Assembly: GCA_032718475.1 (NCBI GenBank)
Contig: JAUCBJ010001786.1
Location: 25,226 to 89,225 of the forward strand
DNA from: Nemertoderma westbladi
Lineage: Eukaryota > Animalia > Xenacoelomorpha
Direction: 5' to 3'
DNA: 64,000 nt
Part shown: one piece after another, positions 11,662 to 19,743 of the stretch
Layout: every line of letters starts with the position of its first letter
Position numbering within the stretch: the stretch's first letter is position 1
Program-made: the position numbers and the translations under genes
The notes under the pieces: model-generated
What the model saw: only the letters and a program-made list of their open reading frames with translations
Told to the model about the DNA's origin: nothing
Databases searched by the model: none

Positions 11662-12674
11662 CGGATTTTATGCTGAACAAACAATAATGGGATGGACACT
11701 CTGCGGCATCAAGGAAGAGACTACCGACACCTATACATACCTTCCTAAATGTCAGATTAAAGAGAATGCAACATCCGTGGGTTATTGCTCAGCTACAGAC
11801 CTTGACGAGGATTTATTTCTTGAGACCGAGAAAACCCAGCAAGAGATGACTAAATACTTTAATCTAGAGACCCAAGAGTTCGCTGAAAAAGACGAAAACC
11901 CATCCGAGGAGGATCAATATTGTATGGACGTCCTGGACCAGGCCACGTTCGAAGATGGACACTGGTGTTCACCTATGTTATGGAAGGACCCAAACAAACC
12001 AATGGCAAACAACGCTAACATGGCCCTTAGGCGACTTAAGGGGATTCTCCGCCGGCTGAATGACCAACCCGAGATAAAGGAGAAATATAATACCGTAATC
12101 CAAGGATATCTCGACAATGGATTAGCAGAAATGGTACCACGGAATGAACTGCAAGGGGGTAAAAGAACATATTATCTTCCAACCCACTATGTGGTAGAAG
12201 CCCGGAAGGGTGGGAAAATCCGAGTAGTTAATGATGCCGCTGCTATGTATCAAGGCGAATCCCTGAATAGTCAGCTTTATACGGGGCCCAACATATATAG
12301 TACACTCATTGGCGTATTGATCAGGTTCAGAGAAAACCGGATAGCATTCACCTGCGACATCAAAGCCATGTTTCACCAGGTTCGTACGCTACCAAGAGAC
12401 TCAGACTGTCTATGTATCCTATGGCGATATGGTTCTAGTGAAAGAAGATCTTAAAGACCGTGTCCACTGGCCTGTGGCGCGAGTCGTGACAATACACCCG
12501 GTCAAAGACGGACTTGCGAGGACTGTGACGATACGAACGGCAAAGGGCCACTACCAACGCCCTATCCAGAGGCTGTGCCTTCTTGAAGGCAATGACAGTG
12601 GTGATTCTACGAGAGGTGATAAGTTCCCTACCGATCCTGCTGCAGACATTGGTGACAATGATAAACCCGTTTAA
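11627..12674 (+). pseudogene. pol: Truncated BEL/Pao pol: RT N-terminal half joined to integrase C-terminus (DUF5641-like)
   Basis: YAEQTIMGW, YYLPTHYV..KIRVVNDAA, SLNSQLYTGP and DIKAMFHQV are present. They are followed directly, in another frame, by GDMVLVKE..WPVARV..DGLARTV..RPIQRLCLL. The RT YVDD motif, RNase H and integrase core are missing. It is frameshifted from gag at the C-run near 11622. Confidence 0.9.
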
Positions 12675-12939
12675 ACCCTTCTCATCCTGTTGACAAACTC
12701 TTAAACTGTGATTTATCCACAATGAAAATGGACCCCCTTTAAACAACTGTAACCACGCAATGGTATTTGTGTTTCCTCGTGTGTTATGTGGAGTCCAGTG
12801 TCACCCTGCAGATGTTTCGACTGACGCAGGGTCGTTTATGTATTGTTTACCCTGATTTTGGTCATCGGGACCAACGACCTTGGATTATTGGAAATGGTAA
12901 AGATTTGAAGTGGAATTCATTGTATCCATTGTAGTATGT

Positions 12940-13370
12940 TATGTTGTCCGTTGCATGCGCAGTTCGGGGTGTAGGCGGTGTAATGAGTCCAGCTGTAGAT
13001 CCCGGATTGCCGCGCAACACCCCCTCTATCCCGTTATTCTGGTGGGTCCATGGTGCATCCACATGACTTCGACGATAGAGGTTTTATGTTCTCAGTTGCG
13101 TTATTCTGGTGGGACTGTTGCGTGGATTTTGGGGCGTAGGCGGTGTAACAAGTCCAGCTGTAGATCCCAGAATGTTGCGTAATCCCATCCCACATGACTT
13201 CTTCGGCTGAGCTTTATGTTGTTGGGAGTGTTATTCTGGTTGGTCCCTGGTGCATTCCACGTGACTTCACTCCCAGCGTCTTCATTGTCCGTTACGTGTG
13301 CAGTTTAGGGCGTAGGCGGTGTAACGAGTCCAGCTGTAGATCCCAGATTGCCGCGTAACACCCCTTCCAC
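12940..13370 (+). repeat. Three ~170-bp-period repeats, each containing a foldable ~58-nt unit, between pol and ORF3
   Basis: ggggygtaggcggtgtaayragtccagctgtagatcccrg occurs at 12966, 13131 and 13307. Confidence 0.8.
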
Positions 13371-13909
13371 ACCGAAAATTTACCAAAGAAGATGATTGAA
13401 TGTAGTTGGAAATGATGAAAAGAAACAGACAACTCTACTATAAACTGAAGGATGACGCGTATGATGATGAAAATGTAATGATGCGCACCATGGTGCTGCG
13501 CTTATAACAAATGATGATAGCCGGGGGGCTATAACCCCAATGATGATGTGGAAATAAACAAAATTGAGAATAAATGGTGGAACTAAATGATAAAATATGT
13601 TGAAATAATGAAATGTGAAATGAAATAATAATGAGAAATGGAAAAAGACAAAAAAATGTATAAAATGTATTAATAAAAGAATTGGAAAAAGAAGAGGACA
13701 TAAAAAGTCAAAAAACTGGTTGGATATTAATGTATACCTATAGTAACTGTAAATGCTCAATGTTAGCAATAGATGGTAGATGCCTATATAGCAATGTTAT
13801 TTAATAAAGTGAATTAAAAATAAACTGAATTATTCTGCAATCACTATAGTTTCAGACTTTCTGGACTTATAATTAACTGATCTAATTTGCAACGGACATA
13901 ATCGTAAAT

Positions 13910-16510
13910 ATGGACCCAAATCGCCAAATTATCGGCGAATTACGTAATACGATAGATCTACTGGAATATCCGCAACCTGGATCCCCTAACTTTGATACAA
14001 ATTGGAACGCCCTGATAAATGAGAACGTGCGAGTCGTTAAATTCACCGGGCGAGAGGGACCGGACTCTAAGAATCTACGAGCCCTCCGGTTGGCCGATGC
14101 AAGTACGAGACTGAAAAGAACTCGGAACGCAAAGGCCACCAGAGAGGACGAGATGTCGTACTGGGATACATTCCGGCAAAGCGTCTACAAATCCCGATGT
14201 CTGATATACGACAACGAAGGAAATGCGACGCCCACCTCGAAAGCGATTAGGTTGGCGAGATGTCAAAGTTTTGTCGACGACAAGAGTACGTACCTCGCCC
14301 ACTGGGGAAACCTGTCGGAGTGTACGGCGACGCTACGAGAGGAACGTAAATCAATCATCCAGAATCGCGACGACTACCAGGAAAAGTACGGGGCGAAAGA
14401 ATACGGTCAATCCTTGGTCGTCGTCCTCGGAACCCTGGAAGGTTTGGTATTGGTGTGTCGAATATTCCCGACACCCAGACAGGAAGTGCAGGCAGCCGGA
14501 GCGATCTGGTTACTACCTCCGGAAATCCAAAAAATCCTCTTCGACTTCGACGTCATTAAAATCGGGTCGGATATAAAAGCGGACGTCCGGAACGACTACG
14601 CGAACGCTCCTTTAGGAAGAGACCATCGAGACGACCTCAACGCCCTTAGTCATAACATCGACACCCAAACGCTATTAGCCTGGTTACGATTCGCCGAATT
14701 CATGCGAGGATTTCGAGAGGTGAGACAGACCAAATCCGGGATCGGCTACCTTGCAGTGCTAAACGGTGGCATCGACTTCAAACCTCAGAAATTCCGGGAT
14801 TATAATAAAATATATGGTGGATACCCGGGATTAGAAATAAAGAGCGAGTGGGAGGGTCGATGGAAGGACGTTGAGAGAAAGTGGACGATACACCAAAGGT
14901 GGGAGAATCCGGATCGACGGAACTACATCTACGTCGTTATGGAATCATACACCGTCGCTAAGTTTATCTGTAAAACTCTCAATAACCTCATCACGGCGGT
15001 TCCTCTTTCCTTCGTCGACTACGAATGGGATGAGGTTATAAACCACGCATTCAAAGCGGTCGAGAACATTACACCGGGAGAGACGAAAAAGCTCGCCGTT
15101 ATCGATTCCTGGGATGAGAGCGGACCTTACGACATCCCTACGATTACCGATCTTCTCGGTGCAGAGGAGCCTCTGATTTCTTCGGAAGGGGAAGAACTAT
15201 GGCTACATGAGGGTGTTCTACTCTCCACCCCGAAGCGACAACTCGAACCGGAAGCCGCTTACCAACCGGCCGCCAAACGGATTGCCTCGGCCGAACCTAC
15301 AATGGAAGCGGGCGTTTCAACCCCACTCGGCTCCGGTAGCCCTGCAAGGGAGTTAGTCACTACCTCCGCGTTGAGCGACTTCGGCGATATTTGCCAAAGG
15401 TTATCCCCATATCCTTTCCTGGGTGGCGAAGACTGGTCTTCGGAGATTCCGAGTACCAGCAATCAATGGTCCCACTCAGCGATACTGGTTGAAAAGGGTC
15501 CCAGCGCTGCGCCGACTCCCGATGATCTCCTCGGAATCCCTCCGTCGAAAACCCCAGCACCTCTTCGCCGACCAGCGGTGACAACTACACCCTCCGTTCC
15601 ACAGGATCCTATGCGACTAACCCGTTGGTACGCCGAGCAGACCGAATGGATCCACCGTCAGAAACGGTCGTCTGAGTTGAGACCGACGGGACACAAAGAA
15701 GGTTATCGGAGCGAGAACCTACTACGCCAAAGCCCGGCCTTCCGCGGGCTAACGACCACCGCGAATATTCAAAAGAGCGACCGACAACTCGAGTATTACG
15801 TCGGCGTCCCGATTCCGATATTCCCCGGTCGAGAGATGCAGTTGGAAGTGTGTGGTAACTGCGGTTCGGAGCAGTGCCCACACGGTAGAAGAAATCGGGT
15901 TACCGATTCGTGCCTCCAGCTCCTCGGGATACTCTATTGCCCATACTGCGCGACATCGGGCCACGATGTTTCAGTCTGTCCAGTCCTCTATAACCTCTGC
16001 ACTACGTGCGGTTTCCGTGGACATTCCACTAGCCCCCGCTGCTATATAAAATGTCCTACTAAAGACGTTACCGCTATGGGGAATATGGTCATGTTTGAAA
16101 CCTACGCAAACAGCCACGTAAAGACCAAGGTTTGGAGAAACGCTCGGAATATCGCGCAGGATATGGCGTGCGGGTATTTCTCCTTCCCGGAACGCCTCCA
16201 CACGTCGGCCATGCTGCCTTTCCATTACGTGGATCTGTTGCTGAGCGCCGGATTATTCGGCCCATTCGAAGTCATTAGACGATTATACTCGTATAAAGAG
16301 GAGTTCGGTGATGGAAAGTGGTTCCTAGAGGCGCGCAACACCGAGTTGGAAAGACGAACCGATATGATACCGATGCCGTCGAAAGGAAGAGCCGCCAGGA
16401 GACAAGCCGAAGCGTTGCTCACGATGGATGTTGATGCTCCCCTTCCAGCTCTAGCGATCGACGAGAGTCGACGGGCGAAGAGGAGAAAGGCGTATCAGAG
16501 AAAGAAATAG
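13910..16510 (+). CDS. Retrotransposon accessory ORF3: DEDDy-like 3'-5' exonuclease domain, disordered linker and Cys/His zinc knuckles
   Basis: 866 open codons. ExoI-like IYDNEG, ExoII-like LPPEIQKILFDFDVIKIGSDIKAD, IDTQTL..SGIGYLA, ExoIII-like YVVME. C-terminal CPYCATSGHDVSVC and CTTCGFRGHSTSPRC. Confidence 0.7.
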   Translation: MDPNRQIIGELRNTIDLLEYPQPGSPNFDTNWNALINENVRVVKFTGREGPDSKNLRALRLADASTRLKRTRNAKATREDEMSYWDTFRQSVYKSRCLIYDNEGNATPTSKAIRLARCQSFVDDKSTYLAHWGNLSECTATLREERKSIIQNRDDYQEKYGAKEYGQSLVVVLGTLEGLVLVCRIFPTPRQEVQAAGAIWLLPPEIQKILFDFDVIKIGSDIKADVRNDYANAPLGRDHRDDLNALSHNIDTQTLLAWLRFAEFMRGFREVRQTKSGIGYLAVLNGGIDFKPQKFRDYNKIYGGYPGLEIKSEWEGRWKDVERKWTIHQRWENPDRRNYIYVVMESYTVAKFICKTLNNLITAVPLSFVDYEWDEVINHAFKAVENITPGETKKLAVIDSWDESGPYDIPTITDLLGAEEPLISSEGEELWLHEGVLLSTPKRQLEPEAAYQPAAKRIASAEPTMEAGVSTPLGSGSPARELVTTSALSDFGDICQRLSPYPFLGGEDWSSEIPSTSNQWSHSAILVEKGPSAAPTPDDLLGIPPSKTPAPLRRPAVTTTPSVPQDPMRLTRWYAEQTEWIHRQKRSSELRPTGHKEGYRSENLLRQSPAFRGLTTTANIQKSDRQLEYYVGVPIPIFPGREMQLEVCGNCGSEQCPHGRRNRVTDSCLQLLGILYCPYCATSGHDVSVCPVLYNLCTTCGFRGHSTSPRCYIKCPTKDVTAMGNMVMFETYANSHVKTKVWRNARNIAQDMACGYFSFPERLHTSAMLPFHYVDLLLSAGLFGPFEVIRRLYSYKEEFGDGKWFLEARNTELERRTDMIPMPSKGRAARRQAEALLTMDVDAPLPALAIDESRRAKRRKAYQRKK

Positions 16511-16686
16511 TGGATCGGGATATTCCAGGAACATTTATTGAACATTTATTTTTATACACATATATATATAAACTCTAGGCCAAATTAATCAAGACTATGC
16601 AATATTAAATTTGGGTTTTTTATATTGGGAATGACCTACGCAAACTCAATCTACCGATAGACCTCACGAAGGTCATTGGGGGGGAC

Positions 16687-18178
16687 TGTTCGCGGTATTT
16701 CAACTTTTCATAACGCGAGTTGAATATTTTTTGTATTTATTTAAAATGATTATTCCGATATCACTACTGGGTGCGGGACCATGGGTTTTGGGCACATTCA
16801 ATGAACTGGGGGCGATTTATGGGCGAATATTGGGGCGACTTACAGGGTACGGGAATAATTTCATGTTTATAAGGGCCAGGGGTGGGAGGAAAAGTTAAGC
16901 AGTATTCAGGTTAGCCTGAGTACTATTAGGCCCTGGCCAACTTCCTGCTGCCTGTAGAGGTGGATTTGGTAATGCGCCAGGCCTAAAGGACAAGGACTGC
17001 CCTTAACGGTCCCTGGCCAACAGCAGTTATTACGAGCCTGAAAAGGACATCGGAAAGTCTGCTGCTTGTGCCAGGGATTCGCGACGGGAAACGACAGCCC
17101 CCTTAGCTAAGCCGTACTGGTTCTCGATGACCGATCCTTTCGGGGTTCGCGAGGGGTGGGACGGAGATGCGAAAGGGTTGGCCGACTTACAGAGAAAGGG
17201 TTTGACGAGGACTGCCCTTAGAGGTCTCTGGTCAACAGCAGTTATTAGGAGCCTGAAAAGGACATCGGAACGCCGGCTGCTTGTGCCAGGGATTTGCGAC
17301 GGGAACCGACGACAGACCCCTTAGCCAAGCCGTACTGGTTCTCGATGATCGTTCCCTTCGGGGTTCGTGAGGGGTGGGACGGACACGCGACGGGGTCGAA
17401 AGACAAAGGACTGGACTCTACTGGCCTACCGACTGTTTGGAGCAGTTTCTCGGCTGCCGAAGCGACTACGAGCCTGAATAAGGACTCGGAAAGCCTAGGT
17501 GGTTGGGTCTCTGCGATGAACCGACGGACCCCTAGCCAAGCCGTACTGGTTCTCGATGATCGAACCCTTCGGGGTTCGGGAGGGGTGGGACGGACACGCG
17601 AACGGGTCCACCAACATGACAGACTCCTAGCCAAGCCGTACTGGTTCTCGATGATCGATCCCTTCGGGGTTCGGGAGGGGTGGGACGGATAAGCGACAGA
17701 GTCTACCGACTGGACCGACCCTTAGCCAAGCCGTGCTGGTTCTCAATGATTGATCCCTTCGGGGTTCGGGAGGGGTGGAACGGACACGCAACAGGGTCGA
17801 CCGACACCGACACTACGGCACTAAGACTAGGACCGAGGTAAAATCTGGGGAACATTAGGTAGGCTAAAATCTGAGCGAACAGTGGGTAATTAAATAATAT
17901 ACTGTAGGGATTTATATTGTCGTGTATAATTATTGTGAATATTTGGTGTAATTTGATTTGGGGAAGCCCAATTAATTATCAATCAGGGTTCAACTGTAGG
18001 AAGTTACATTAAAGAGTATATCCAACCAATGCGACTTTTCCTCAACCGCAATCCTGCATTTAAGATATCATTCCTTCTCCACAATCAATATCCGGTGACT
18101 GGCCGGGACTCTGTGGTCTGTAAAGTCATGTCTCCAGCATCGGCGTTTTCCCCCCTGGTGTTTGGGATAACGGCAACA
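16687..18178 (+). repeat. 3' LTR of BEL/Pao element
   Basis: TGTTCGCGG...GGCAACA, preceded by the PPT and followed by the CCCCC TSD. Confidence 0.95.
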
Positions 18179-18399
18179 CCCCCCCATGCTATCTTCCCGG
18201 TGAGAAGATAGCATCAACCTCAAAGTGCGCTTCAATTCCACTGGAAGCTCAATCTACTATCGGGTGTGGGGTGGAGCTATTTTTCTTGAAGTCGGCTTTC
18301 CAGGCCGCTCCCTATGGGTATGATGTCACTACCCTCTGGCGCCTCGTGTCGGGCCGATCGTGCGCTTCTCTCACACAATTTTTGTTTCCCAACACTCTT

Positions 18400-19460
18400 G
18401 CCACTCTAGCTCCGCTCTAACTTCTCCACTCGAACTCTGCTCTAACTCCGCTCTACACCTGAATCGCACTCTAACTTCTCTCTCGCCAACAGCTCCTCTC
18501 ACTATCTCCTCTCTACTCTCTGCCACTCCCTAAGGCCCTAATCTCTAATGCTACCCCTGTGCTATCATACTATCTAACTCTCTAACTTACTAACTCTAAC
18601 TATCTCTCTAAGCCTACTAACTCTAACTCTAACTCTACTAACCACTAACTCTACTCCCTGCTAAGTCTACTTACTCTTACTCTAACTCTACTAACCACTA
18701 ACTCGACTCTCTGCGTCTACTAACTCTTACCCTACTACTACCTCTAACTCGGCTACCACCTTTATCTACGTGGTGCTTGTGGTGCCCACAACCATTCCAC
18801 CACTACTTCTAACTCTAACTAAAACCCCATAACTCTCTACTAACTCTAACTCTACTTAGTCTACTCCTTTCTACTCTCTACGTGGCGATTGCGGTGCCCA
18901 CAACCTCTCTCTGCTACCACCTTCTACGTGGCGCTTCCGGTGCCCACAACCTTCTGTTACTACCTCTATCTATGTGGCGCTTGCGGTGCCCACAACCATT
19001 CTACTACTACTTTCATATACGTGGCGCTTCCGGTGCCCACAACCTCTCTACTATCTGGCACCCTATGTGTCCGTCTCTACTACTCTACTACCTCTAACTC
19101 TCTAGCTCTACTACCTGGCACCCTCTAGCTCTACTACCTGGCACCCTATGTGCCCTCTCTACTACTCTACTACCTCTAACTCTCTAACTCTACTACCTGG
19201 CACCCTATATGCCCTCTCTACTACCCTACTACCCGGCACCCTATGTGCCCTCTCTACTACTCTACTACCTCTAACTCTCCACCTCCACTACTACCTCTAT
19301 CTACGTGGTGCTTCTGGTGCCCACAACCCCACTACTACTACTCGTGGCATGACAATATGCCACACTCCCTTTCCCCGCCGTCTTCTAACTCTACTTCTAC
19401 CTTACTTACTACTAACTATCTGACTACTAACTCCTTACTATCTTCTACTAACTATTTATT
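18400..19460. repeat. Strand-biased CTA/CT-rich low-complexity tract with short tandem repeats (3' region of outer element)
   Basis: ctaact/ctact runs with repeated acgtggcgcttccggtgcccacaacc and ctacctggcaccctatgtgccctct units. The + strand is G-poor. Confidence 0.85.
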
Positions 19461-19743
19461 ATTTAATTATTTATTATTATTTATTTTTAATTAAATAATT
19501 AACATTCTTGTGGGAAGGGCGTCTCGCCCTCATTCCCAACCCCTCAGTCCAAAATATTGGACGACTAAACTTTCAGGTGCCCCTTCTTCCAGTAGGCACT
19601 CTCCCACTGCCCTCCTATACATCCTCTTACTCTTCGCCACACTTTCTTTGCCAATTCCACCTGACCAGGAATTGGCTCTCCCTCTTCCGCCACCCTAAAA
19701 TCGGGTCTCTCCACCGCCTTCTTAACTATCCCGTCTCCTGGCA

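Larger units (their letters stand above)
6701..18178 (+). mobile_element. BEL/Pao LTR retrotransposon, internally deleted, with an extra ORF
   Basis: LTRs at 6701-8205 (terminal TG mutated to TC) and 16687-18178; TSD CCCCC; PPT GGGGGGGAC before 16687. BEL-type gag, protease, RT N-terminus and integrase C-terminus are present. Confidence 0.95.

Noticed and set aside
12765-12830. HDV-like ribozyme (TTCCTCGT loop)
   Set aside because: No convincing P1, P2 or P3 pairings around the motif.
16994-17032. Twister ribozyme (ACUGCC...CGGUCCC)
   Set aside because: Lacks the UAA cleavage site, the AAGC loop and the pseudoknot partner after P2.
17541-17609. Hammerhead ribozyme in the LTR repeat (CUCGAUGA-stem-GA)
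   Set aside because: The core would need CUGAUGA and GAAA. Here it is CUCGAUGA and GAGG, and no stem I/III with an NUH site is evident.
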